Shown: positions 24,655 to 36,727, numbered from the stretch's first letter. The stretch is 64,000 nt of DNA from Eledone cirrhosa (GCA_964016885.1 OZ024759.1:10292001-10356000); one strand, 5' to 3'. Made by a program: numbers and translations. The notes: generated by a model not told the origin, from the sequence alone.

Positions 24655-26327
24655 TTGTGTGAGTGTATATGTGTGTGTGTATGTGAGTGTGGGGGGGGGG
24701 GAGAGAGGAAGTGTGTGTGTGTGTGTGAGTGAATGTGTGGGGGTGGATGTTTCAGTGTGTGTGTGTGAGTGTGGGGGGGGGGAAGTGCGTGTGTGTGTGT
24801 GTGAGTGAATGAGTGTGTGGGGGTGGATGTTTCAGTGTGTGTGTGAGTGTATGAGAGTGTGTGAAAAAGAGAGTGAGAGAAAGGGAGAGTGTGTGAAAAA
24901 GAGTGAGAGAAAGGGAGAGTGTGTGAGAGAGAGCGTGTGTGAAAGAGTGTGTGTGGATGTTTGAGTGTGTGTGTGAGAGAGTGAGAGAGAAAGGGAGTGT
25001 GAGTGTGTGTTGGGGGGGGGAGTGTGTGTGAGAGTGTGTGTGTGTGTATGTGGGGGGATGTTTGAGTGTGTGTGTGTGTGAAAGAGTGAGAGAGAAAGGG
25101 AGAGAGTGTGTGTGTGTGTTGGGGGCGAAGTGTGTATGAGAGAGTGTGTGTGTGTGTGTTGGGGGAGAAGTGTGTGTGAGAGAGTGTGTGTGTGTGTTGG
25201 GGGAGAAGTGTGTGTGAGAGAGCGTGTGTGAAAGAGAGAGAGTGTGTGTGAGAGAGAGAGTGTGTGTGTGTGTGGGAAGTGTGTATGAGAGAGTGTGTGT
25301 TGGGGGAGAAGTGTGTGTGAGAGAGCGTGTGTGAAAGAGAGAGTGTGTGTGTGTGTGTGTGTGGGAAGTGTGTATGAGAGAGTGTGTGTTGGAGGAGAAG
25401 TGTGTGTGAGAGAGAGCGTGTGTGAAAGAGAGTGTGTGTGTGTGTGTGTGTGGGAAGTGTGTATGAGAGAGTGTGTGTGTGTGTTGGGGGAGAAGTGTGT
25501 GTGAGAGAGCGTGTGTGAAAGAGAGAGAGAGTGTGTGTGTGGGAAGTGTGTATGAGAGTGTGTGTGTAGGAAGTGTGTATGAGTGTGTGTGTGTGTAGGA
25601 AGTGTGAAAGAGAGAGAGAATGTGTATGTGTGTAGGAAGTGTGTATGAGAGTGTGTGTGTGGGAAGTGTGTATGAGAGAGAGAGAGTGTGTGTGTGGGGG
25701 AAGTGTGTGTGTGGGAAGTGTGTATGAGAGAGTGTGTGTGTGTGTGGGAAGTGTGTATGAGAGAGTGTGTGTGTGTGTGTGAGGGAGGGAGGTAGGATCT
25801 CCTCACCCGCCACTCTCTCTGGGGGGGGGGAGAAGTGTGTGTGTGTGTGTAGGAAGTGTGTATGAGAGTGTGTGTGTGGGAGGGAGGGAGGGAGAGAGTG
25901 TGTGTGTGTGTGTGTGTAAGAGAGAGTGTGTGTATGAGAGTGTGTGTGTGTGTGTAGGAAGTGTGTATGAGAGAGTGTGTGTGTGTGTGTGTGTAAGAGG
26001 GAGGGAGGTAGGATCTCCTCACCCGCCACTCTCTCTGGGGGGGGAGAAGTGTGTATGAGAGAGAGAGAGAGTGTGTGTGTGTAGGAAGTGTGTATGAGAG
26101 AGTGTGTGTGTGTGTGTGTAAGAGGGAGGGAGGTAGGATCTCCTCACCCGCCACTCTCTCTGGGGGGGGAGAAGTGTGTATGAGAGAGAGAGAGAGTGTG
26201 TGTGTGGGGGAAGTGTGTATGAGAGAGTGTGTGTATGAGAGAGTGTGTGTGTGTGTGTGTGAGAGGGAGGTAGGTAGGATCTCCTCACCCGCCACTCTCT
26301 CTGGGGGGGGAAGTGTGTGTGAGAGAG

Positions 26328-26378
<51 letters not shown>

Positions 26379-26418
26379 AGGATCTCCTCACCCGCCACTC
26401 TCTCTGGGGGGGGGGGGA

Positions 26419-26449
<31 letters not shown>

Positions 26450-26628
26450 AGGTAGGTAGGATCTCCTCACCCGCCACTCTCTCTGGGGGGGGGGGAGTGT
26501 GTGTGTGTGTCTGAGGTAGGATCTCCTCACCCGCCACTCTCTCTGGGGGGGGGGAGAGTGTGTGTGTGTGTGTGTGTGTCTGAGGTAGGATCTCCTCACC
26601 CGCCACTCTCTCTGGGGGGGGGGGGGGG

Positions 26629-26663
<35 letters not shown>

Positions 26664-26697
26664 GGTAGGTAGGATCTCCTCACCCGCCACTCTCTCT
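24655..26697. repeat. (GT)/(GA) compound satellite; distal part has 9 copies of the core GGTAGGATCTCCTCACCCGCCACTCTCTCT
   Basis: Identical 30-bp cores between 25791 and 26697, separated by G-runs and (GT)n. Confidence 0.9.
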
Positions 26698-26796
26698 AAA
26701 TTACAACATCTATTTATACACACTTATGTAATCACAGTTTTCCCGATCGAACCATGTCTGGCATTTTGGTTTGTTTTGGTTCTAAACTTTCATCCT

Positions 26797-26965
26797 GGCG
26801 GTGGATTGGCAGAATCGGTAGAGCGTTGGACACCATATCTTGCAGCACAGAGTTATGTCTCTTTACGTTCTGAGTTCAAATAAAGTACCAGTAATGCACT
26901 GGAGTCTATTTAATCGACCCCCCCTCACCCCCAAAGATGCTGGCCTTGTGCCTATACTAGAAACA
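26797..26965 (+). mobile_element. SINE B copy with internal deletion
   Basis: Head and tail match family B. Confidence 0.75.
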
Positions 26966-26966
26966 A

Positions 26967-28163
26967 CCCTTTAATGTTCAAACTGGCCAAAGCCGGCCAG
27001 AATTCTCTACCTCTTTCTGTTGAAACTGGCTTTAACTGGCCACTCATACTAATGTTAAGGTATTGTTCTCAAAATAAATACTTTCAAAATCTCATAGATT
27101 CAATATTATGTAAGATAAAGCATTTACCACGAAAATATAATAGTATATATAATGTAAATGTTATGTGAGATATTATGTGAGATAAAGCATTTACCACGAA
27201 AATATAATAGTATATATAATGTAAATGTTATGTGAGATATTATGTGAGATAAAGCATTTACCATGAAAATATAATAGTATATATAGAGTAATGTAAATGT
27301 TATGTGAAATATTATGTGAGGTAAAGCCTTTACTGTGACAATACAATAGTATATATAGAGTAATGTAAATGTTATGAGATATTATGTGAGGTAAAGCCTT
27401 TACTGTGACAATATAATAGTAAATATAGAGTAATGTAAATGCTATGTGAGATATTGTGAGGTAAAGCCTTTACTGTGACAATACAATAGTAAATATAGAG
27501 TAATGTAAATGTTATGTGAGACATTATGTGAGGTAAAGCCTTTACTGTGACAATACAATAGTATATATAGAGTAATGTAAATGCTATGTGAGATATTATG
27601 TGAGGTAAAGCCTTTACTGTGACAATACAATAGTAAATATAGAGTAATGTAAATGCTATGTGAGATATTATGTGAGGTAAAGCCTTTACTGTGACAATAC
27701 AATAGTAAATATAGAGTAATGTAAATGCTATGAGATATTATGTGAGGTAAAGCCTTTACTGTGACAATACAATAGTATATATAGAGTAATGTAAATGTTA
27801 TGTGAGATATTATGTGAGGTAAAGCCTTTACTGTGACAATACAATAGTATATATAGAGTAATGTAAATGTTATGTGAGACATTATGTGAGGTAAAGCCTT
27901 TACTGTGACAATATAATAGTAAATATAGAGTAATGTAAATGCTATGTGAGATATTGTGAGGTAAAGCCTTTACTGTGACAATACAATAGTAAATATAGAG
28001 TAATGTAAATGTTATGTGAGACATTATGTGAGGTAAAGCCTTTACTGTGACAATACAATAGTATATATAGAGTAATGTAAATGTTATGTGAGACATTATG
28101 TGAGGTAAAGCCTTTACTGTGACAATACAATAGTATATATAGAGTAATGTAAATGCTCACGGG
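26967..28163 (-). mobile_element. piggyBac-like MITE with ~15 internal ~72-bp tandem units
   Basis: CCCTTTAATGTTCAAACTGG ... AAATGCTCACGGG|TTAA; reverse copy of 5100-5597. Confidence 0.82.
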
Positions 28164-28169
28164 TTAATA

Positions 28170-28505
28170 AGCGAGCATGGCCTGAGTGAATGTGCCCGCT
28201 CTGAGTGTGAGCCTGTAGATTGGATGGGCACTTACCCTAAAGATCAGGGTATCCTTGGTTTTATGGGTTTTTTTCCACAAACGTCTCCTCCCTATTGAGG
28301 AACCTTCTTTGTTTTAATTTTATCTTTATTTTTAACATTGCTAAAATTTGTTTCCACACGCCAACACACACACACACACACATACACACACATACACACA
28401 TACACACACACACACACACACACATACATACACACACTTTGTTTTCGTCCTGTACTGCTCTAATGGTATTCTTGATGTAAACCCTTTGTGGGTAATAAAG
28501 AAATT
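28170..28505 (+). mobile_element. Tx1/L1-like LINE 3' UTR fragment
   Basis: Homologous to 51430-51745; ends AATAAAGAAAT. Confidence 0.65.
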
Positions 28506-29053
28506 TAACTTTGCCTTTCATCCTTACGGGGTCGATAAAATAAAGTACCAGTAATGTACTGGGGTAATTGTTGGCCTTGTGCCAAATGTAGAAACAATTA
28601 TTATTATTATTTCGATGGAGGATGTTTTTTGATATCAAAACTGTAAGATTCAGCCTTTTTCTTTATATATATAATCATTTAACGTCCCTCTTCCACACTA
28701 GCATGGGTTAGACACGTTTGTCCCCTTTGAGGCAAGTTGCGTCGGGTGACCGTGTCTTTTTCATGTAGGACTATTTCTGGCTGGATGTCCTCCTTAGTGC
28801 CAACAACATTTACAGTGTGGGCAGGGTACCTTTTGTTGTGACACCTACACAACCACTTTACAATGTGAACTGGGCACTTTTTGCTGTGTCAACAGCATGA
28901 CCACTTTACAGTGTAGGCTGGGGGCATCACTGGATGTATTTACTTAGGCCTATCCTCATGGAGGTGTCTGAGAGGGTGGGTTGAGGCATACTGTATATAT
29001 GCTTCATATATATATGTGTGTATATATATGTGTGTATATATATATATATATAT

Positions 29054-29398
29054 GGAGGCACATGGCTTAGTGGTTAGAGCATTGGCCTTGCAATCGAAAG
29101 GTTGTGAGTTCAATTCTCAGACCGGGTGATGTGTTGTTTCCTTGAGCAAGACACTTTATTTCACATTGCTCTAGTTTACTCAGCTGTAGAAATGAGATGA
29201 TAGGGACTGGGGTTCCTATCATTCCACTGCAAAGTGGTCGTGGAGGTGCCATGGCAAAAAAGCACCCAGCACACTGTAAATGAGGTTGGTGTTAGGAAGG
29301 GCATCCAGCTGTAGAAATCAAGCCAGAATCAGTTCCCATCCCACCCTTGCAAGCAGGGAAAAGCAGACGTAAAATAAAATGATGAAATGATGATGATA
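29054..29398 (+). mobile_element. SINE family A copy with alternative (type 2) tail
   Basis: Head and CORE as at 10486; ends CCCTTGCAAGCAGGGAAAAGCAGACGTAAAA. Confidence 0.88.
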
Positions 29399-29417
29399 TA
29401 TATATATATATATATAT

Positions 29418-30230
29418 AGGCAGGCTGTATGATGCCTGCATACGAACAGCAATGTTACATGGCAGTGAGACATGGGCATTGTGTGCAGAGGATATACGCA
29501 GACTAGAGAGGAACGAAGCATGCATGCTCCGCTGGATGTGCAATAGTAATATACGTGAACGGCAAAGCATAAACGAACTAAGGGAAAAATTAGAAATAAG
29601 AGGGATCAGATGTTGTTTACTCGAGAGAAGGCTATGTTGGTATGGACACGTGATGCGCATGAAAGACAGCTGTATAAAAAAGTGCAGGGCAATAAAAATA
29701 GACGGTAGCCATGAAGTAGGCAGACCCAGAAAAACCTGGGACGACTTGATAAATTCCGACCTCACACACTTACACCTCTCCAAGACAATGTCACTGGACC
29801 GAGATCTTTGGTGCTACACAGTAATAGAGAAGACCCGCCTTACCTAAATACAAAGTAAAACCTACTACAGTCAGTAGGCACCTCTAACAAAATACACCCC
29901 CGACCCACTATCCCCACCCCATCCACACCACCCCTTTCAATGTAAAGTTATGTTGGTACCACAACATCCAGGCCGAAACAAATGAGGTCGTGTAGGTGTC
30001 ACGACAAAAGAACACACAGTCCACGCTGTAATGTGGCCGTGTAGGCAACACGGTAAAAACCTCCCAGTCCCACACTGTAAACGTGGTTGGTGTTAGGAAG
30101 GGCATCCAGCTGTAGAAAACCCGCCAGACAGTCCTATGCGAGCAAGACAACCACTCTTGCCTCAAGTGGGAAAACTCCCGTCCAAACCCATGCAAGCGTG
30201 GAATATGGACGTTAAACGATGATGATGATA
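29418..30230 (+). mobile_element. 5'-truncated RTE LINE (ORF C-terminus 29452-29847, 3' UTR and tail)
   Basis: MLHGSETW...RRLERNEACMLRWMC...WYGHVMRM...GRPRKTW; (GAT)n tail. Confidence 0.92.
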
Positions 30231-30798
30231 TATATGGCGATGAATTTGTTTTGCGAGCTTTTTAATATGAAATCGTGTGTCGAAACAAATATTGTTATAC
30301 TTGGGGAGGGTCATATCGTTGTAATAATATTGCCAGAAATACTAACAGAACACACTGTTTGGTTGGTTTTCACTTTTGTATCTTTTATATCAGTTAATTC
30401 ATTCGGTCCTCAATGTTTACCATTGACTGACCAACGGTCAAAAATAAAGATATAATTGTTTCCACTTTAGGCACAAGGCCAGCAATTACCCAGTGCATTA
30501 CTGGTACTTTATTTTATCGACCATTCACTGACCAACGGTCAAAAATAAAGATATAATATAGATATAAACACATATATATAGTCTAACAAAGTTCTTTTGT
30601 TGCACATCTGCAACATCATCAGTGGTACTATTATGTTCCTCCTGTTGTATTGTATGTCTACGCCATTTTTATTTCATCTGTTTATTTACTTATTTATTCT
30701 CTCTACGCATGCGTTTGCGTGTGTATATAGTGTTTGGTGTGTGTTCGCATTTGGGTGGCTGTGTTTTGGTTATTGTATCCTATCTTAGTTCTGCCAAT

Positions 30799-30830
<32 letters not shown>

Positions 30831-30833
<3 letters not shown>

Positions 30834-31040
30834 TTGGCAGAATTGGTAGAGCACTGGGCACCATGCTTTGCAGCATAAAGTTACGGTCCTTTACATTCTG
30901 GGTTCAAATCCCGACAATGTTTTCTTTGTTTTTCATCTTTTCGGGGTTGGTAAAATAAAGTTACCAGTCATACACTAGGGTTGATTATTCAATTTTCCCC
31001 TCCCACCAAATTGCTGGCCTTGGGCCTAAAGTAGAAAATT
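30831..31040 (+). mobile_element. SINE B copy
   Basis: Family B head, Meta-like domain and tail. Confidence 0.78.
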
Positions 31041-31120
31041 ATATGTATATATATTGTATATATATATATATATATAAAGTTATATCTGTATATATATATC
31101 TGTATATATATATATATACT

Positions 31121-31315
31121 GAAGGCGTGTGGCTGAGTGGTTAGGGAATTGGATTCGCAATCGTAAGGTTGTGAGTTCATTTCCTGGACCGGGCGATGCG
31201 TTATGTCCTTGAGCAAGACTCCTTATTTCACGTTGCTCCTTCTACCTGGAGTTGCGACCGATAGATAGTATTAGCAACTGGAAAGACCAACGGAAACTTT
31301 GTTTCCTTGGTCCGA
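31121..31315 (+). mobile_element. CORE-type SINE subfamily with a hairpin 3' end
   Basis: tRNA head and CCTTGAGCAAGAC; ends in the stem GACCAACGGAAAC/GTTTCCTTGGTC; second copy at 44885-45095. Confidence 0.78.
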
Positions 31316-31378
31316 TATATATATATATATATATATAGTAGCAGTCTCGGTTACGATCTCTCCATATATACAGATATA

Positions 31379-31425
<47 letters not shown>

Positions 31426-31556
31426 GTGAGGTTTTTTTTACAAAATGAAAAATAACCGAGGTGTCCTACACGAGTGAAAGTATAAAGAAAAAGAGATGAA
31501 ATCGAAAATGCAACTGGAGTCTTATTTTTTTTTTAAATATATATATTTATTTGGTT

Positions 31557-31594
31557 CCTTTACCGGTTTCGCAGTTCTTCTGCTTTTCAAAAGG
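31557..31594 (-). ncRNA. Minimal type-I hammerhead ribozyme motif, U3-A8 core variant (inverted copy)
   Basis: The reverse complement reads CCTT-TTGAAAA-GCAG-aagaa-CTGC-GAAA-CCGGT-A-AAGG. Confidence 0.7.
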
Positions 31595-31684
31595 TGAATT
31601 GAGATGGAAGGTCTGTGGTAAACCACAGACCCTCCATCTCAACTCACCTTTTGAAAAAAACCACAGACTCTCCATCTCAACTCA

Positions 31685-31722
31685 CCTTTTGAAAAGCAGA
31701 AGAGCTGCGAAACCGGTAAAGG
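31685..31722 (+). ncRNA. Minimal type-I hammerhead ribozyme motif, U3-A8 core variant
   Basis: Stem I CCTT/AAGG, core UUGAAAA, stem II GCAG/CTGC, GAAA, palindromic stem III ACCGGT, cleavage triplet GUA. Confidence 0.72.
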
Positions 31723-32009
31723 AACCAAATAAATATATAAATTTTTTTAAAAAATAAGACTCCAGTTGCATTTTCGATTTCATCTCTTTTTCTTTATATA
31801 TATATGCGAGCAAGACAATCACTCTTGCCTCAAGTGGGACTACCCCCGTCCAAACCCATGCAAGCGTGGAACACGGACGTTAAACGTTGATGATGATGAT
31901 ATATATATATATATATGATAAAAATAGTCCTTCATCAGTGATTTGCCAACCATCATTGATATTTCATCGCATTAAAAATCATATACCTCAGGTTGGTGCG
32001 AACAATAAC

Positions 32010-32597
32010 CTGTGAAAATACAATAGTATATATAGAGTAATGTAAATGTTATGTGAGATATTATGTGAGGTAAAGCCTTTACTGTGAAAATACAATAGTA
32101 TATATAGAGTAATGTAAATGTGATGTGAGATATTATGTGAGGTAAAGCCTTTACTGTGAAAATACAATAGTATATATAGAGTAATGTAAATGTTATGTGA
32201 GATATTATGTGAGGTAAAGCCTTTACTGTGACAATACAATAGTATATATAGAGTAATGTGAGATATTATGTGAGGTAAAGCCTTTACTGTGACAATACAA
32301 TAGTATATATAGAGTAATGTGAGATATTATGTGAGGTAAAGCCTTTACTGTGACAATACAATAGTATATATAGAGTAATGTGAGATATTGTGAGGTAAAG
32401 CCTTTACTGTGACAATACAATAGTATATATAGAGTAATGTAAATGTTATGTGAGATATTATGTGAGGTAAAGCCTTTACTATGAAAATACAATAGTATAT
32501 ATAGAGTAATGTAAATGTTATGTGAGATATTATGTGAGGTAAAGCCTTTACCATGAAAATACAATAGTATATATAGAGTAATGTAAATGGTGATGGG
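32010..32597 (-). mobile_element. Partial piggyBac-like MITE with ~8 tandem units (72 bp and shorter variants)
   Basis: Same unit as 26967-28163; ends GGG|TTAA. Confidence 0.8.
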
Positions 32598-32869
32598 TTA
32601 AACTCTTTCATTCATCATCTTGGTGAGATTATATACTTCTCTCTCAAAAGAATTAGGGAACTAAGATGAAATATTTTCTTTTTAAATTCCAGCTACTATA
32701 ATATAGTTGTTCAGAAACACTATCTACACAGTGAGCGTGGTATTCCTGTTTCATAACAAAAACCCCTCAAAAAACCCAGCCAAATATTGTTTGATAAGAG
32801 ACAAGATAAAGTTGTTTGAATCGAGAAATACTTTAACCATGTGCTACATTAACCAAATATACATATATT

Positions 32870-33448
32870 GATTCTCTCTCTCTCTCTCTCACTATCAACC
32901 ACTCTCTCTCTCTCTCCTCAAACTATCAACCACTCTCTCTCTCCTCAAACTATCAACCATTCAATATCTCACATACACTCACTCTCTTTCTCTCACACAT
33001 GCTCTCTCTCTCTCTCTCTCTCTCTCACATGCACTCTCTCTCTCTCTCTCTCTCACACACATGCACTCTCTCTCTCTCTCTCATACACATGCACACTCTC
33101 TCTCTCTCATACACATGCACTCTCTCTCTCTCTCATACACATGCACTCTCTCTCTCTCTCATACACATGCACACTCTCTCTCTCTCATACACATGCACTC
33201 TCTCTCTCTCTCATACACATGCACACTCTCTCTCTCATACACATGCACTCTCTCTCTCTCACACACATGCACTCTCTCTCTCTCTCACTATCTTACACAC
33301 ACTCTCTCACTATCTTACACACACACACACTCTCTCTCTCACTATCTCACACACACACACACTCTCTCACTATCTTACACACACACACACACACACACAC
33401 TCTCTCTCATTATCTTACACACACACACACACACACACACTCCACTAT

Positions 33449-33502
<54 letters not shown>

Positions 33503-33580
33503 CTCTCTCACTATCTTACACACACACACACACTCTCTCTCCCTCCCCCTCTCACACTCTCTCCCTCCCCCTCTATCTCC
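32870..33580. repeat. (CT)/(CA) compound microsatellite
   Basis: CATACACATGCAC(TC)n and CACTATCTT(AC)n units. Confidence 0.9.
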
Positions 33581-33854
33581 CAGCTAAGTTGACCAAGCTA
33601 CAAAGCAGTAAGTTATTGACTACCATTTCCAGTTAGTAAGTGTTACAGCAACTGACAAGATATGTTAAAATATGTCTCAGCTGTTTCTATAAATATATCT
33701 AGAAACTAATTATAGAAACAGCTCTCTCTTTTCTGGTCCGATTAAAACATCGCAGAACTTGAACCAAAATATAAACAGATGAGTTCGCTAACACAACAGT
33801 GACCTCTTCCTCTAAATATGTATCTCTTTCTCTTTCTCTCCATATATCTATCTA

Positions 33855-34285
33855 TTAGGCACCTCTTAACCAAATATACACCCCAATCCACTACCCCTAC
33901 CCTATCCTCCCACCCCCACCAACACCACCCTCTCTCTGTAAAGTTCGTGCCACAACATCCAGTCCAAATAAATGAGATCGAGATCGTGTAGGTGTCACGA
34001 CAAAAAAACACACAGTCCACGCTGTAATGTGGCCGTGTAGGTAACACGGTAAAAAACACAGTCCATGCTGTAATGTGGCCGTGTAGGTAACACGGTAAAA
34101 AGTTCCCAGTTCCACACTGTAAATGTGGTTGGTGTTAGGAAGGGCATCCAGCCATAGAAAACCTGCCAGATAGTCCTATATGAGCGAGACATGGTCACCC
34201 GACCAACCTTGACTCAAATTGGGATAACTCCCGTCTAACCCATGCTAGCATGGAAGATGGTCGTTAAATGAAGATGATGATGATC
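33855..34285 (+). mobile_element. RTE 3' UTR and tail fragment
   Basis: Homologous to 29875-30230. Confidence 0.82.
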
Positions 34286-35220
34286 TTTGGCAACTCTACC
34301 ACCCTCTACCAAGCAGAAACGGCGATCAGCAGAGACTCCACTTCGACATTCTATAGGGGATTAGTGGAGGATAAGTGCGACGACGTTCTCGGAGAAACTC
34401 TAGGCATCGAGGAGGATGAACTGACCAGTCTGTTCGGGAGGACTTTCCGTCCAGGGCCTATGGATAACTTCTAGAGAGAGGTCTCTGGCCTGGCAGTGCT
34501 ACCAAGGAGCTCTACCAGTTTGAGAGAAAATCTATAGGCACGGACGTCCTGGCAGAGATCCTGTCAAAAGGACCTGTCCAAGATGCGAGCAGGACATAGA
34601 AACCGTTCTGCACGCAATTGTTCAGTGCCCAGGGGTGACCAACCTGTGGAATTATGTTGAACAGCTGCTGTCACGTGTGGGACGCATCCAGTTGTCAGCC
34701 GAGTCCATCGTGAGGATCACCCTGCCGCCTTCATTTAAGAACGAAGGAGAGACGGTTTTCTTCTGTCAGGTGGCTATGGCAAAATAGGTAATATGGTGGA
34801 CGAGGTTAAAAGGACTGAGGGCAAACACCTTTCTCTCCGGACAACAACTCGTCCCCTTCTTTAAGTACCACTTCAGAAGGAAGGTGAGAGTGGAGAGAAA
34901 GGTGCTACACCCCAGTAAATTCGCTGAAAGGTGGGTGAATGTGGCGAAAATGGCCCAAGTGAATCGGCCTTCTCTGTATATAAACCTGTAGGTTGAGGAA
35001 GATAAACAGAGGGAAGACAGGAACACCTACAAAATGTGTTCCTGGTGTTGAGGGTTGTTCTATCCATGGGGTGTAAAACAACCCTGCAGTAACGTTCCCC
35101 CTATTGGGGATTTCAATTGTTATTTATTAATGTTAAAGTTATATTATTTTTATGTAAAACGCCCACCGTCAAGTCTTGTAATGTCCCATTTTTGTATGCC
35201 TCTGTGGCAAATAAAGAAAT
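34286..35220 (+). mobile_element. Tx1/L1-clade LINE 3' fragment with CCHC zinc knuckle
   Basis: 34573-34670 translates TCPRCEQDIETVLHAIVQCPGVTNLWNYVEQLL; the 3' UTR ends AATAAAGAAAT. Confidence 0.85.
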
Positions 35221-35289
35221 ATATCTATATATATATATATCTATTGGAAAATGTGTGAAATCCTTGGTACAGTTAGGTATATTTAAAAA

Positions 35290-35648
35290 AAGGAAAAGAA
35301 TGACTTCACTTGTTCTAAACAATTTAATTTAATTTTATAATATTATGATTTTACAATTTAGTTTTGTAGATCTAGTAAGTTGTTTAACTTTGGTGGGGAG
35401 ATTTTTAAAGATTCCTGGTTAACTTTCCTGGAGAACTTTCTTGCATTCATCGGTGTTGATTGTCAAACATCTCAATTTGACAATCAACACTGACGAATGC
35501 AAGAAAGTTCTCCATGAAAGTTAACGAGGAATCTTTAAAAATCTTCCCACCAAAGTTAACAAACAACATACTAGATCTACAAAACTAAATTGTAAAATAA
35601 AATAAAATAAAATTGTTTAGAACTACAAGTGAAGTCATTCTTTTCCTT
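35290..35648. repeat. Imperfect fold-back palindrome (~170-bp arms, 8-nt loop), PLE-like
   Basis: Axis at 35468-35475; CTGACGA (35490) and GAAA (35516) core-like motifs lie next to the axis. Confidence 0.8.
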
Positions 35649-35704
35649 TATATATACATACATACATATGTACCTATAAATATATGTACATATTTACACA
35701 TAAA

Positions 35705-35843
35705 TGTAACCGGCTGCTCATACCAACATTAAGGTATTGTTCTCAAAATAAATATCAAAATCTCGTAGATTTGATGTTATGTGAGGTAAAGCCTTTTCTA
35801 TGAAAATAAAATAGTATATATAGAGTAATGGGAATGCTAAAGG
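35705..35843 (-). mobile_element. Partial piggyBac-like MITE with a single internal unit
   Basis: Ends AATGCTAAAGGG|TTAA. Confidence 0.75.
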
Positions 35844-35869
35844 GTTAATAAAGATTTGCACAGGTTGAA

Positions 35870-36150
35870 CGGACCCTTTTCATCACAGCATCTCTCCATT
35901 TGCTGCATTCCTTTGTCATCTCCTCTGCGAGTCAGTCAGATCTTCTTTGGTCTACCTCTACTGCGGCTTCCTTCTACTGGGATTTCCTGGCACTTATTCA
36001 CCCAGTGGTCATCATTTATGGGCATCACATGTCCGTACCAATGTAGTCTCCTCTCCTGCACACCACATCAGATTCCTCTTATACCTAGTTTCCCCCTTAG
36101 TTCATCCAAGCTCTGCCGTTCTCTCACATTTACATTGCTTATCCAATGAA
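35870..36150 (-). mobile_element. RTE LINE C-terminal fragment
   Basis: Homologous to 61150-61430. Confidence 0.8.
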
Positions 36151-36727
36151 GAGTGGTTATTTAATTTCTCTCTTCAGAGTAACTACCCTCCTGGATGGGT
36201 TGCTTTCCAGTACAGTTTATGGAGCCCACATATGCTCCCTATCATCATCAGCATTGTTTAAGGTCCATTTTCTACACTAGCATGGGTAGGATGGGCTGTT
36301 CATGTGAGAGATCAGGTCAGAGGACTGTGTTTCGCTCACACGGCACTGATTTTGGCTTGGTTTCTACGGCTGGATGCCAACCATATTTACAGTGTGTACC
36401 TAAAAATTGGTGTATTCTTATTTATTTGGAAGATGGGAGCTCATGTTTACTTCATGCAGTCTTGTTTATTCAGAGGTACTGCCCTCATAGATGCATTTCC
36501 TTCGTTATGACATACAAAGCTCATGTCTAACCCCTGCAATTCTGTTTAATCAGGGTGCGACTTCCAAGGCAAGGGTTACCTTTCCTGGTCTAATTCATGA
36601 AACTTGTTTTATTTGGAGTTACTGCTCTCTTAGTTGGGCTGCCTTTCAAGTAGCTATACACAGCCCCTGTTTGACTCAAAGATATGCATGCATGTTGATA
36701 TATGTTAATATACAGTTATGGTATATA

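Larger units (their letters stand above)
31421..31798. mobile_element. PLE-like remnant forming a fold-back palindrome (arms 31481-31619 / 31623-31798)
   Basis: Long inverted repeat between (TA)n tracts; each arm carries a hammerhead motif; the right arm has a ~38-bp internal duplication. Confidence 0.75.

Noticed and set aside
19925-26683. Long His/Thr/Tyr/Ile and Cys/Val ORFs
   Set aside because: Translations of dinucleotide microsatellites.
33583-33606. 24-nt microexon candidate (cag|...|gtaagt)
   Set aside because: The pyrimidine tract is just the adjacent microsatellite; there is no homology or partner exon to support it.
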